From an uncultured delta proteobacterium (GTDB taxonomy: Bacteria > Myxococcota_A > UBA9160 > UBA4427), in assembly GCA_963822965.1 (NCBI GenBank), contig CAWGJT010000013.1, forward strand, positions 64,001-128,000: a stretch of 64,000 bases of DNA. Reading direction: 5' to 3'. Positions 19,859 through 30,059 of the stretch are shown in pieces. Positions within the stretch are counted from its first letter, which is position 1. Every line of letters starts with the position of its first letter. The notes below the pieces were generated by a model. The model was not told the origin of the DNA. It saw nothing but the letters and a program-made list of their open reading frames with translations, and did not search any database. The position numbers and the translations under genes were made by a program.

Positions 19859-20788
19859 TCATGCGTCCAGCCGACCCGCGTGGCCGTCCGCCAGGCCACG
19901 GGAGAGCCACCAGGTGAAGATGCCGCCGAGCACGAAGACCACCACGATCTCGGCGGCGCGGGCCAGGGTCGAGGCCACCACGGCGTCCCGGAGGTCGAAG
20001 CCCGTCAGCACCGCGAGCCCGCCGATCAGGAACTCGCGCACGCCGAGGGCGCCCGGCACGACGGTCACGAAGCGCGTGAGCACCGCGGCGGCGTTGAAGA
20101 GCACGCAGGCCGCGAAGCCCACCGGCGCCTCACCCATCTCGAAGCAGAGCCGCAGGGCCACCGCCATGGCGAGCACGATCACCACCTGACAGGCGGCGAC
20201 GGCGGGCCAGGTGCGCCGCAGCTCGGGCCCCACGTTGGTCGCGACCGGGAAGAAGCGCCCGCTCACCAGCTGGTGCAGCCGCTCGGGCAGCAGCAGCAGC
20301 ACGCCCGAGGCCAGCATGATCGCGAAGCCGAGCCCCACCACGCCGAAGAGCGCGCCGCGAAAGGCGACCGCCAGCACCACCAGCCCGACCAGACCGTTCG
20401 TCGCCACGATCACCAGCAGCAGGGTCGTCTGCCCCACCGCGAAGCGCGCGAAGGGCATCTCGTGCACGCGCTTCAGGAACACCGCCTTGGCGACGAGCCC
20501 ACCCGCCAGGGGCAGGTAGTTGGTGAACGACGTGACGGTGACCAGGCGGAACCAGTCGAAGATCGTGGCGTCGACGCCCAGGGCGCCGAAGTGGAGCCGG
20601 TTGGCGACGCCGCGGACGAAGAGCGAGGACACGGTGAGCGCCGCCACCGCCACGAAGAGCCCGGGGCGCAGGGAGTAGCTGCCGGCGATGTAGCCGCGGT
20701 TTCCGTAGAGGAAGACCGAGAGCCCGGCGATCACCGCGCCGGTGACGAGGGGAGGAAGCCATCGCCGCAAGACGTCCCCCAGGCTCAT
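19859..20788 (-). CDS. Lysylphosphatidylglycerol synthase TM / flippase-like (UPF0104) membrane protein
   Basis: Multi-TM; TNYLPLAGG and VPGALGVRE motifs. Confidence 0.75.
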   Translation of the reverse strand: MSLGDVLRRWLPPLVTGAVIAGLSVFLYGNRGYIAGSYSLRPGLFVAVAALTVSSLFVRGVANRLHFGALGVDATIFDWFRLVTVTSFTNYLPLAGGLVAKAVFLKRVHEMPFARFAVGQTTLLLVIVATNGLVGLVVLAVAFRGALFGVVGLGFAIMLASGVLLLLPERLHQLVSGRFFPVATNVGPELRRTWPAVAACQVVIVLAMAVALRLCFEMGEAPVGFAACVLFNAAAVLTRFVTVVPGALGVREFLIGGLAVLTGFDLRDAVVASTLARAAEIVVVFVLGGIFTWWLSRGLADGHAGRLDA

Positions 20789-21570
20789 CGGCCCCTTTCC
20801 ACCCGGCGAATCCACTCGGGCTCGGTCCCGTAACCGTACTCGGCCATCAGCGGACCTGCGATGCGGTCGAGGGCCGCGCACTGGGTGTCGCTCCACTCGC
20901 GCCAGCCGGGCAGCGCCTGGCGCTCGGCGCGCCCGATGCGCTCGCCCGGGCGCACCGCCCCGCTCTCGCGGAACTCGAGCCCGAGCCACCCGCACAGGGT
21001 GCGCAGACCGCGGTGGGACGGATCGAAGAGCGCCTCGTAGGACACCACGCGATAGTCCGCGCAGTAGACGCCCACCCGGCTCAGGCGTCCGTTCACCACG
21101 GTCCACAGACCGGCGGCCCGGCCGAGCCAGTCGCCCGCATCGGGGCGGCCGGGCACCTTCGGGTACCAGTAGGGCAGCCAGCGGTTGGCGATCCCCTTCC
21201 ATCCCCGGGCCGTCCCGTGGCCCAGGGAAGACCGCACCTGCTCGCGCGGATCGCGGACGACGTGCACGACCGTGGGGCACCCGAAGACCTCGTCGAAGAC
21301 GTCGATGGCGCCCCACAGGAAGGGGTTCGACTCCACGTAGAGCTCGGTCTCGACGGGATCGATGGTGCGGCGCCGCTTTCGCTCCAGCAGCCGCACGAGG
21401 CGCTCCCGGGACAGGGCGCCGGCGGCGTGGGCGTTGGCGGCGAGGCGCACGCGATAGGCCGGCCGGGGCTCGTGGCGGGCCACCACGTTCTCGTAGTTGG
21501 CGTCGAAGTAGCGCGCCAGGAACTGGGTGCCCGTGCGGCCCGACGACACGATCAGCGCGATTCGCTTCAC
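20785..21570 (-). CDS. Sulfotransferase family protein
   Basis: 5'-PSB-like SSGRTGTQFL, HEP, 3'-PB-like HVVRDPR...S, VSYEAL. Confidence 0.8.
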   Translation of the reverse strand: MKRIALIVSSGRTGTQFLARYFDANYENVVARHEPRPAYRVRLAANAHAAGALSRERLVRLLERKRRRTIDPVETELYVESNPFLWGAIDVFDEVFGCPTVVHVVRDPREQVRSSLGHGTARGWKGIANRWLPYWYPKVPGRPDAGDWLGRAAGLWTVVNGRLSRVGVYCADYRVVSYEALFDPSHRGLRTLCGWLGLEFRESGAVRPGERIGRAERQALPGWREWSDTQCAALDRIAGPLMAEYGYGTEPEWIRRVERGR

Positions 21571-21607
21571 GGGGGTCCCGGTCTTCCCTTCGCCCGCCCG
21601 CCGGCGA

Positions 21608-22660
21608 TCAGCGTCCCGATGCGGCCGGCGGGCCGTCGTCCGGGCGGACCGCCTGCCGGCGTCGCTGCTGGTAGAGGAGCTCTTCCAGGTAGACCCGGTG
21701 CCGGTTGAGCATGTCGCCGATCATGCCCGTGAAGACCAGCAGGAGCGAGAGCACGCCGAGGCCGGCGCCCGCGAAGCCCGCCCACTTGTGGGGAGAGAAC
21801 GACCCCGTCGCCAGGTAGTGGCCGAAGAAGAAGAGCTCGAGCAGCAGCGCCGGCGCGAAGAGCGCCGCCGCCAGCCAGCCGAAGAAGCGCAACGGATTGT
21901 AGTCGCGATAGGCGCCCACCAGGATGCGCATGGTGTTCATCGCATAGCGCAGCAGGCTGTTGGCCACGCGGCTCTCGCCGTACTCGCGCTCGCCGCGCAC
22001 GCGGATGGGCACCTCCACCACCCGCAGGCCCTTGAAGCACAGGTCCAGGAGCACCTCGTGGGTGTACGTGAACTTGCCCAGCAGGTTGAGGTGGAGCATC
22101 GCCTCGCGGCCGTAGCAGCGCATGCCGCACGAGACGTCCTGGAAGCGCTGGCCCGTCAGTCCCGAGACGATGCGCGCCACCTGTCGGTTGCCCCAACGCT
22201 TCAGGCGGGGCATCTCGGGCTCGAGGCTCGGGTCGAGGAAGCGCGACCCCGTCGCGCAGTCCGCCTCCCCCGCCAGCACCGGCGCCATCACGCGCGGGAT
22301 CTCCGCCGGATCGAACTGTCCGTCGGCGTCGAGCGTGACGAGGAGGTCGACGCCGCTCTCGCGGGCGTGCACGAGGGCGGTCTGGAAGGCGGCCCCGACG
22401 CCCCGGGTGACGTCGTGCCGGATCACCTGGGCTCCCGCGTCGCGGGCCAGCGCCGCCGTCTCGTCCCGGCTGCCGTCGTCCACCACCAGCACCCGCACCT
22501 CGCCCACGCCGTCCAGGCCGCGCGGGATCCGCGCGATGACGTCGGCGATGGTGGCGGCTTCGTCGAGGGCCGGGAGCGAGACCAGCAGGCAGACCGGCGA
22601 GTGCGACCCGGCGGACCAGACCGGAGGGGCGGTGCGGGCTGCGGGACCGCTGTTGGACAC
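21608..22660 (-). CDS. GT2 polyprenol-phosphate glycosyltransferase (DPM synthase/GtrB-like)
   Basis: PALDEA, VVDDGSRD, DADGQ, GSRF, DVSCGMR, two C-terminal TM helices. Confidence 0.9.
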   Translation of the reverse strand: MSNSGPAARTAPPVWSAGSHSPVCLLVSLPALDEAATIADVIARIPRGLDGVGEVRVLVVDDGSRDETAALARDAGAQVIRHDVTRGVGAAFQTALVHARESGVDLLVTLDADGQFDPAEIPRVMAPVLAGEADCATGSRFLDPSLEPEMPRLKRWGNRQVARIVSGLTGQRFQDVSCGMRCYGREAMLHLNLLGKFTYTHEVLLDLCFKGLRVVEVPIRVRGEREYGESRVANSLLRYAMNTMRILVGAYRDYNPLRFFGWLAAALFAPALLLELFFFGHYLATGSFSPHKWAGFAGAGLGVLSLLLVFTGMIGDMLNRHRVYLEELLYQQRRRQAVRPDDGPPAASGR

Positions 22661-22691
22661 CGGCGGAAGCTACCAACGGCGCCCGTTCGTG

Positions 22692-24257
22692 TCATCGGGA
22701 AGGACCGGGAGCACCACCCGGCCGGCTTCTGCCGGTCGCCTGCGCGTCGTCCCGGCGCACCCGGCCGAAGACGACCACCCGCTGCTGGCTCCAGGGCGCG
22801 GAGCGGAAGCGGTGCATGCGCGGATCCTCCCGGTTCTCGAAGGCGGTGTCCGGCACCGGCAGGGTGTACTCCACGTACTCGCCAGGCACGAGGGCGGAGG
22901 CCAGGGCCGCCTTCACCTGGCGATCCACGGCCGTGAAGGAGTGGTGCCGCAGGATGATCCAGTCCGCCCCCGCGGCCTCGGAGAGATCCTCTCCCGTGAG
23001 CCCACCGATCACACGCAGGTCGGTGTAGAACTTGAGGGGCATGTCGCCGTAGCTGATGGCGACGACGTCGCCCGGCTCGGCGCGCTGCTGGAGGAAGCGC
23101 ACGATGCCTTCGATGGGACCGTCGAAGTCGTGGGTGATCTCGTAGAGGAAGTCGTCGAGGGGGGAGAGCGCGAGCCAGACACCGAAGAGGAGCACCGCCA
23201 GCCCCCGAGAGAGCTGGGCCAGGGAGCCCAGCATGGCTCCGGCGACGAGAACGGCCGCTGGCGCCATGGGCGCCAGGTAGCGGAAGTAGGCACCCGGAGA
23301 GAGCAGGGCGAGGGCGACGATGCTCGTCGCGCAGAAGAGCAGCAGCAGGACGACGTGGCTGCGGGTGGCGGGCGCCACGGCGAAGAGCGGCTGCTTCCGC
23401 CACGCCCGCCCGGCGACGACGGCCGGCAGCGCCAGTCCCAGCAGCGGTCCCGGGAAGTAGACGAGCAGGTCGCGCGCCAGGTGCGAGCCGATCTGCCAGG
23501 TCACCCCGAGGCTCGTCAGGTAGTCCGCATACGCCTCGCCGTAGCGGATGCTGGAGAACCACAGGATCCACGGCGCGTTCGCGGCGGTGACCGCTGCCGA
23601 GACCCAGAACACGCGCGCGAAGCGCGCGCGCTCGAGCCACAGGCTGTGGACGAGGAGCGTCGCCAGGAGCGTCGCGGCGTAGAAGTAGTGGGTGTGGAAG
23701 AGCAGGGTCGCCGAGACGAAGAGCAGGACGGAGAAGCGCTTCTCGCCCGGCCCCACCCGCACGTACGCGTACAGCCCCAGCAGCCCGAAGAAGGCCGCCA
23801 TCCCGTACCAGCGGCACTGGCGGGCGAGCACCAGATAGGGGACGCAGAGCACCAGCAGACCGGCGCTGGCCAGGGCCGCCTCGCGGGTGCGCCAGAATTG
23901 CCGGGCCGCCACGTAGGAGAGCAGCACGGTGGCGACGCCGAACAGCGCGAAGGGCAGCCGGGCGGCCTCGGTGGTGGGGCCGAGCAGGGCGAAGAACGCG
24001 GCCACCACGTAGAAGGAGAGCCAGGTGTGCCACTTCCACACGTAGCCCTCGGCGTACTCGACCCCCTGCTCCTGGGAGAAGAAGTTCCGGCCGTCGCTGC
24101 CGAGGGGGATGCCGTGCTCCAGGACGGTGCGGGCGATGACGGCGGTCTGGGCCTCGTCCTGCCACAGATAGGACGAGTCGAGCCGGGCGAGGAGGAGCGC
24201 GGAAGCGAGCGCGCCGAGCAGGGCCAGCGAGATCCAGTCGCGATGGTCGTAGCGCAC
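22692..24257 (-). CDS. ArnT/PMT-like (GT-C) membrane glycosyltransferase
   Basis: TM1 followed by YLWQDEA acidic motif, AARLPFALFG, ARQCRWY, RYLAP. Confidence 0.8.
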   Translation of the reverse strand: MRYDHRDWISLALLGALASALLLARLDSSYLWQDEAQTAVIARTVLEHGIPLGSDGRNFFSQEQGVEYAEGYVWKWHTWLSFYVVAAFFALLGPTTEAARLPFALFGVATVLLSYVAARQFWRTREAALASAGLLVLCVPYLVLARQCRWYGMAAFFGLLGLYAYVRVGPGEKRFSVLLFVSATLLFHTHYFYAATLLATLLVHSLWLERARFARVFWVSAAVTAANAPWILWFSSIRYGEAYADYLTSLGVTWQIGSHLARDLLVYFPGPLLGLALPAVVAGRAWRKQPLFAVAPATRSHVVLLLLFCATSIVALALLSPGAYFRYLAPMAPAAVLVAGAMLGSLAQLSRGLAVLLFGVWLALSPLDDFLYEITHDFDGPIEGIVRFLQQRAEPGDVVAISYGDMPLKFYTDLRVIGGLTGEDLSEAAGADWIILRHHSFTAVDRQVKAALASALVPGEYVEYTLPVPDTAFENREDPRMHRFRSAPWSQQRVVVFGRVRRDDAQATGRSRPGGAPGPSR

Positions 24258-24358
24258 TGCCCGCTGCCCCCCGGACCGCCGTGCTACCCGTCTGTGGCCG
24301 GGCCGCCGCCGGCCGGCCACGATAGCGCGGCGCGCGATGCCACCTCCCTGCGGACGGC

Positions 24359-26446
24359 ATGGCGACGCCCGAGGAGAGTCGAGATCTCTTGACGATCGCC
24401 GCCTTCGGCATCGGCGCGGCCGCCCACCTGGCCGCCGCGGCGCTCGTGGTCGTCCAGAGCGCTGCGGGCGCACGGCTGCTGGGCCTGCTCGGCCTGCGGG
24501 AACGCCTCGCCGCCCACGAGCAGATCCTCTACGGATGGGTGGCCGGGTTCTCGGCCACGACCGTCGTGTGGATGGGGCTCGCCAGCGCGGGGGCGCTCGG
24601 TCCCGTCTCCGTCGCGACGGTGATCGTGGCCCTCGCCGTGTTCGGCGCGCCGGTGGTGCGCGATCTGGCGGACCGCATCTGGCGGGTCCTGCGGACCCAG
24701 GACCGTGCCGTCCAGGGTGCGCTCGGGCTGGGCGCCCTGGTCTTTGTGTTCTGGGTGCACCCCTGGTTCGTCGAGACCCTGCTGCCGAACAGCGACTGGG
24801 ACTCTGCGCTGTATCACCTGCCCCTGGCGGATCGCTTCCTCGCGGGATCGCTGTGGGGGCGGGATCCGTACTTTCCGGCCTTCTCGTTTCCGGGAGCGGT
24901 GCACCTGCTGTACGCGGCCCTGCTCGCCCTCCACCTCGAGGCCGCGATCGTCCCGCTGAACTTCGACGTGACCCTGCTCTCGGGCGTGGCGACCGTCGCG
25001 ATGGCCCGCCGGATCGGCCGCCGCGCAGCGCCGGCGTGGGCCGCGCTGGCCTTCGCGACGACGCCCATCCTCTGGCAGCTGGGCGTCGATCCCCGCATCG
25101 ACGGCTTCCTCGTGCTCTTCGTCGTGCTCGCCACGTATGCGCTCGTCCGCTTCACCCAGGAGGGCGACGACGACCGGCTGAAGCTCGCCGCCCTGTGTCT
25201 GGGAGCGGCCGTCGGCACGAAGTACACCGCCCTGCCGTTCGTCCTGGCCATCGGCGGGGTGGGCATCGGTGTCCGGCTGTGGAGCTCGAGCGGCTCACGG
25301 GGGCTCGGCCGACTGCTGGCCGTCACCGCGCTCCTGGTCGCCGTGCCCAACGGCGCCTGGTACGTCGCCAACAGCGTGATCCACGGCGACCCGGTCTTCC
25401 CGTTGCTGCGGGGCGACTACCGCGTGTCGGCTTCCGGCGAGCACGTCCATCTCGCCCGGGCGCACGAGGAGGAGAGCGCGGACGATCTCCGCGATCCCGG
25501 AATCCAGCGGCGCCTGCGCGCTCTCGAGCAGACGCCGCGCGAGGAGCCGGCGGCGAACCTCCTCGACCTGGTGGAGCTGCTGCGCGACCCCGAGCGCTTC
25601 GCGGTGAAGCCGAACCACGGCATGGGCGCCCTGCTGCTGGTCTCCCTCGCGCTGCCGCTCGTCATCCGCAGAAAGCCCGAGAACCGCCGCGCCGGTCTGC
25701 TGGTGTGGGGGCTGGGGTGGGGCGGCTACCTGCTGCTCGGGAGCCAGACCAACCTGCTGCGCTACGTGGCGCCGGTCCTGCCCCTGCTCGCCGCCGCCAC
25801 CGGTGTGGCGGTCGCCTCCCCTCGCTATCGCGGTCTGCTGCGCATCGTACCCGCGTCCATCGCCCTGGCGGGTGCCCTGCTGCTGGTGCGCGACCACCAG
25901 GCCGAGACCCGCAAGCTCGCCCTGCTGCAGCCCGACTTCGCGCTGGGACCGGGGCCCTCCATCTGGGGAGCGAAGGAGCGCCGCATCGAGTGGCTCCGGC
26001 GCGTCGGATACAACTTCACCCCGCCCATGGCCTGGATGAGCCAGCGGATCGACGCTCTCATCGCCGCCGGGCGCATGTCTCCGCAGAGCCGCATCCTGAT
26101 GGTGGGCGAGGGCAAGGCCCGCCTGCTCGACTGCGAGGCGCTGCCCGACTCGAGCTGGTTCGCACATCGCTTCGTCTCCGAGCTTCGCAACGCGGATCTC
26201 GACTACGATGTCCTGGCGATGCGGCTGCACGCCCAGGGCGTCACCCACGTGCTCTACAACCGCGCCTACTACCAGTGGGTGGCGAGCGACACGGACACCG
26301 CGCCGTCCCGTCTCGCCTTCGCGCTGGCGCACCTCGATCGCTTCCTCGAGAGCCACGGCACCCGCATCCTCTCCGGTGCGGGCATGGAGCTCTTCGAGCT
26401 GCGCTTCGGAGCGGGCGGCGTTCCGCCGAAGACGACGGTGAGATGA
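24359..26446 (+). CDS. GT-C-like polytopic membrane protein
   Basis: DWDSALYHL loop motif, GAAVGTKYT, WYVANSVIHGDPVFP, RYVAP. Confidence 0.68.
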   Translation: MATPEESRDLLTIAAFGIGAAAHLAAAALVVVQSAAGARLLGLLGLRERLAAHEQILYGWVAGFSATTVVWMGLASAGALGPVSVATVIVALAVFGAPVVRDLADRIWRVLRTQDRAVQGALGLGALVFVFWVHPWFVETLLPNSDWDSALYHLPLADRFLAGSLWGRDPYFPAFSFPGAVHLLYAALLALHLEAAIVPLNFDVTLLSGVATVAMARRIGRRAAPAWAALAFATTPILWQLGVDPRIDGFLVLFVVLATYALVRFTQEGDDDRLKLAALCLGAAVGTKYTALPFVLAIGGVGIGVRLWSSSGSRGLGRLLAVTALLVAVPNGAWYVANSVIHGDPVFPLLRGDYRVSASGEHVHLARAHEEESADDLRDPGIQRRLRALEQTPREEPAANLLDLVELLRDPERFAVKPNHGMGALLLVSLALPLVIRRKPENRRAGLLVWGLGWGGYLLLGSQTNLLRYVAPVLPLLAAATGVAVASPRYRGLLRIVPASIALAGALLLVRDHQAETRKLALLQPDFALGPGPSIWGAKERRIEWLRRVGYNFTPPMAWMSQRIDALIAAGRMSPQSRILMVGEGKARLLDCEALPDSSWFAHRFVSELRNADLDYDVLAMRLHAQGVTHVLYNRAYYQWVASDTDTAPSRLAFALAHLDRFLESHGTRILSGAGMELFELRFGAGGVPPKTTVR

Positions 26447-28248
26447 CGCGTGCCGCCACGTCGACCCCGGGCTCGACGCCCGCCGAGCCTCCCCTCGACC
26501 GCCGCGACGCGCTCGCGATCGCCCTGCTGTTCGCAGCCGCCCTCGTCGTGCGGCTCGTGTACCTGCACCAGGTCGGGAGCCTTCCCTCCTTCGAGTCTCC
26601 TCTCGTCGACGCGCGTTCCTATCACGAGTGGGGGCGTGCGATCGCGGCCGGCGACTGGCTGGGCGATCGCGTCTTCTACCAGGCACCGGCGTATCCCTAC
26701 TTCCTGGGCGTCGTCTACGCGCTCTTCGGGCCCGAGCTCCAGGCCGCCCACGCGGTGCAGATGGTGCTCGGCGCCGTCTCGTGCGTGTTCCTCTACCTGG
26801 CGACGCGCGCCATGTTCGGGCGCGCCCCCGCCGCCGTGGCCGGGGGGCTGCTGGCCGGCTACGCGCCGGCGATCTTCTTCGACGGAATGATCCAGAAGAC
26901 CGGGCTCGGGCTCTTCCTGACGAGCGGTCTTCTCGTGCTGCTCACCCGCTTCGCCGCCCGGCCCGGTGCGGTGCTCGCCCTCGCGATGGGCGCGGTGACG
27001 GGCCTGCTGGCGCTCACCCGGGAGAACGCCCTCGTCTTCGCTCTCGTGATTCCGGTCTGGGTCGTGCTGCGCCGCTCGGACGCCGCGGCCCCCCGCCGCG
27101 TCGCGACAGCCGGCGCCTTCGCGCTCGGCGTGGCGCTCGTGCTGCTGCCCGTGGGCCTTCGCAACCTGGCCGTGGGGGACACCTTCGCGATCACCACCTC
27201 GCAGCTCGGACCGAACTTCTACATCGGCAACAATCCGCACGCGACGGGGCTCTACGCGCCCATCATGCCGGGCCGTCACATCCCCGACTTCGAGGGCGGC
27301 GACGCAGCCCGGGCGGCCGAGTGGGCAACCGATCGCACGCTCGGGCCCGGCGAGGTGTCGCGCTACTGGCTCGGCCGAAGCCTGACCTGGATCGCGCAGG
27401 CCCCCGGCGACTTCTCTCGGCTCTTCCTCGACAAGCTGCTCTTCACCCTGAACGACTACGAGATTCCGGACACCGAGGACATCTACGTCAACGCGGAGTT
27501 CTCGGGGGTGCTCGCCGCGCTGCACGGCGTGCTGCGCTTCGGCGTGCTTCTGCCCCTCGCGTTCGCGGGCTTCGTGTTCGCCTGGCGCGAGCGTACGCCG
27601 GGCGGCGCCAGCGGGCTGCTGGTGGCGCTTGCCGGCGTCTTCACCGTGGCCGTGGCCGCCTTCTACGTGTGGGCGCGCTACCGATTCCCGCTGGTGCCGC
27701 TGCTGCTTCCGTTCGCGGGCCTGGCCGTGGTGCGTGCCGCCGAGGCGGCGGGCGCCGGCGGCTGGCGGCGGCTCCTGGCGCCGGCGGCCGCACTCGTCGC
27801 CGGCTCGCTGCTCGCGAACGCGACGCTCTTCGATCGCGAGGCGCTGAGCCAGACCGCCTGGGTGAACCTCGCCAACATCCGCATGCGCGAGAAGCGCTTC
27901 GACGAGGCCGACGCCTATCTGGCGCGCGCCACCGCCATCCCGCACGAGAGCGCCGACCTGCACTTCCACCTGGCGGCGCTGCGCTTCCAGCAGAAGCGGA
28001 TCGACGAGGCCGAAGCGCACCTGCGCCGGATGCTCGAGCTCGACCCCAGCGACTTCCGCGGCCACCGGCTGCTGGCGCAGATCCTGCGCGAGCAGGGACG
28101 ACAGCACGAGGCCAACGAGCACCTGCGCGAGTCGGTGCGCCTGGACCCGGGCCGTACCCGCAAGGGTCGGCCCGGCGCGCCGCTTCCCGAAGCCGGCGCG
28201 GCTCTTCCAAAAGCCGGCGCGCCGCTGGACGAGGAGGTGGCCCCGTGA
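26443..28248 (+). CDS. ArnT-like (GT-C) glycosyltransferase with C-terminal TPR repeats
   Basis: PLVDARSY, FYQAPAYPY, LTREN, NFYIGNN, ARYRFP; three TPR-like helical repeats at C-terminus. Confidence 0.78.
   Translation: MTRAATSTPGSTPAEPPLDRRDALAIALLFAAALVVRLVYLHQVGSLPSFESPLVDARSYHEWGRAIAAGDWLGDRVFYQAPAYPYFLGVVYALFGPELQAAHAVQMVLGAVSCVFLYLATRAMFGRAPAAVAGGLLAGYAPAIFFDGMIQKTGLGLFLTSGLLVLLTRFAARPGAVLALAMGAVTGLLALTRENALVFALVIPVWVVLRRSDAAAPRRVATAGAFALGVALVLLPVGLRNLAVGDTFAITTSQLGPNFYIGNNPHATGLYAPIMPGRHIPDFEGGDAARAAEWATDRTLGPGEVSRYWLGRSLTWIAQAPGDFSRLFLDKLLFTLNDYEIPDTEDIYVNAEFSGVLAALHGVLRFGVLLPLAFAGFVFAWRERTPGGASGLLVALAGVFTVAVAAFYVWARYRFPLVPLLLPFAGLAVVRAAEAAGAGGWRRLLAPAAALVAGSLLANATLFDREALSQTAWVNLANIRMREKRFDEADAYLARATAIPHESADLHFHLAALRFQQKRIDEAEAHLRRMLELDPSDFRGHRLLAQILREQGRQHEANEHLRESVRLDPGRTRKGRPGAPLPEAGAALPKAGAPLDEEVAP
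28172..28226 (+). repeat. Degenerate 21-nt tandem repeat (~2.6 copies) at the gene 3' end
   Basis: ccggcgcgccgcttcccgaag / ccggcgcggctcttccaaaag / ccggcgcgccgct encoding GAPLPEA-GAALPKA-GAPL. Confidence 0.65.
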
Positions 28249-30056
28249 GCCGCCGGGCCGACCGGCTGGCGGCCGCCGTGCTCGCGGCGCTCGGCGCCGC
28301 CATGGTCGCCTGGGGCTGGGGAACCTGGCCCCACGCCTTCGTGGACTTCGGGCGCGAGCTCTACGTGCCCTGGCGGCTCGTCGAGGGCGAGGTGCTCTAT
28401 CGCGATCTCGCGTGGTTCAACGGTCCGCTCTCGGCCTACGCCAACGCGGCCCTCTTCGCGCTCTTCGGTCCGGGCCTGCAGGTGCTGGTGCTCGCGAACC
28501 TGGCCCTCACCGGCGTGCTCGCCACGGTGCTCTACGCCGGAATCGCGCGCCTGGCGGACCGCACCGCCGCCTTCGTCGCCACGGCGGTGTTCCTGGTCCT
28601 CTTCGCCTTCGACCGCATCGACGCCATCGGCAACGACAACTACCTCACGCCGTACTCCCACGAGGTGGTGCACGGCCTGCTGCTCTCGCTGCTCGCGCTC
28701 ACCGCGTTCGATCGCCTTCGCGCACGGCCCCGCCTGGCCGCGGCGGCGAGCGGCGGGCTGCTGGGACTCGTCGCGCTCACGAAGGCCGAGGTCTTCGTGG
28801 CGGCGGCGCTGGCGCTGGCGTGCGCGATGGTGCTCGACGCGCACGCCCGCAGGAGCCGGGGCGGGGGGGCCGACGGGCTCGTCCGGGTGGCGCTCCTGGC
28901 GGCCGCGGCGCTCCTTCCGGTGGGGGTCGCGTTCGGCCTCCTGGCGCTGGCGATGCCCCCCGGCGCGGCCCTGCACGGCACCCTCGGCGCCTGGCCCGCC
29001 CTGCTCGCGAGCGACGTGACCTCCCAGTACTTCTACCGCGCCACCCTGGGCGTCGTGGACTTCGGCCGGAACCTCTCCCAGCTCTTCCAGTGGTCGCTGG
29101 CGTGGGCCGGGGTGCTGCTGTCCATCACGCTCGTCGCGCTGCGCGTACGACCCGCGCGGCGCGAGACGTCCCGGGTGGCGGCCTTCGCCACCGAGGCCGG
29201 CGCCTTCGTGGCGGCGCTCGTGCTCGTCCTCTACCTGGGCGGCGTGCTGCAGGCCCGCTGGCCGGAGGTGCTGCGCCCGCTCCCGCTGCTGCTCGCGGCC
29301 CTCTCCGCGGGCACGCTGATGCTCGCCTGGCGGGATCCGGACGCGGACGGTGTGCGGGGCATGCGCGCGTCGTGGCTCGTCTTCGCCACCGTGCTGCTCG
29401 CAAAGGTGCTGCTGCGTGTGCGCCTCGACCAGTACGGCTTCGCGCTCGCCATGCCCGGCGCAATGCTCGTCGTCGCCGCGATCACGTGCTGGCTGCCCCG
29501 GTGGGTGACGAGCCGGTGGCGGGACGGCGCCCTGGCGCGCTCTGCGGTGCTGGGCGTCATCGCGGCGGTGGTCCTGTCGCTGCTGCCCACGGTGGCCGCG
29601 CACTTCGCGGAGCGCAGCGTGCAGGTGGGCAGGGGCCGCGACGCATTCCTCGCCGACGAGGTCACGGGGCCGATCCTCGTCGCGACGCTGGCCGCGCTGG
29701 CCGAGCCGGGGCACGAGGGCAGCCTCGCCGTGCTTCCCGAAGGCGTGATGATCGACTACCTGGCGCGTCGGGTGAACCCGACGGGGCACGTGAACTTCAT
29801 GCCGCCCGAGCTGTTGATCTTCGGCGAGGAACGCATCCTCGAGGAGTTCCGCGCGCACCCCCCCGACTGGATCGCCCTCACCCACAAGGACACGCGCGAG
29901 TACGGCGTGGGCTTCTTCGGGCGGGGCTACGGGCGCGCCCTGTACGCCTGGGTGCAGCGGCACTACGAGCCGCGCGCCCTGTTCGGCGACGCACCTCTCG
30001 CGCCGGGGAGCCGGTTCGGAATCCGGCTGCTCGAGCGTCGCCGCGAGACCCGCTGA
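28245..30056 (+). CDS. GT-C-like polytopic membrane protein
   Basis: VDFGRELY...GEVLYRD...NGPL after TM1, LTKAE; periplasmic C-terminal domain; GTG start overlaps upstream stop. Confidence 0.65.
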   Translation: MSRRADRLAAAVLAALGAAMVAWGWGTWPHAFVDFGRELYVPWRLVEGEVLYRDLAWFNGPLSAYANAALFALFGPGLQVLVLANLALTGVLATVLYAGIARLADRTAAFVATAVFLVLFAFDRIDAIGNDNYLTPYSHEVVHGLLLSLLALTAFDRLRARPRLAAAASGGLLGLVALTKAEVFVAAALALACAMVLDAHARRSRGGGADGLVRVALLAAAALLPVGVAFGLLALAMPPGAALHGTLGAWPALLASDVTSQYFYRATLGVVDFGRNLSQLFQWSLAWAGVLLSITLVALRVRPARRETSRVAAFATEAGAFVAALVLVLYLGGVLQARWPEVLRPLPLLLAALSAGTLMLAWRDPDADGVRGMRASWLVFATVLLAKVLLRVRLDQYGFALAMPGAMLVVAAITCWLPRWVTSRWRDGALARSAVLGVIAAVVLSLLPTVAAHFAERSVQVGRGRDAFLADEVTGPILVATLAALAEPGHEGSLAVLPEGVMIDYLARRVNPTGHVNFMPPELLIFGEERILEEFRAHPPDWIALTHKDTREYGVGFFGRGYGRALYAWVQRHYEPRALFGDAPLAPGSRFGIRLLERRRETR

Positions 30057-30059
30057 CGT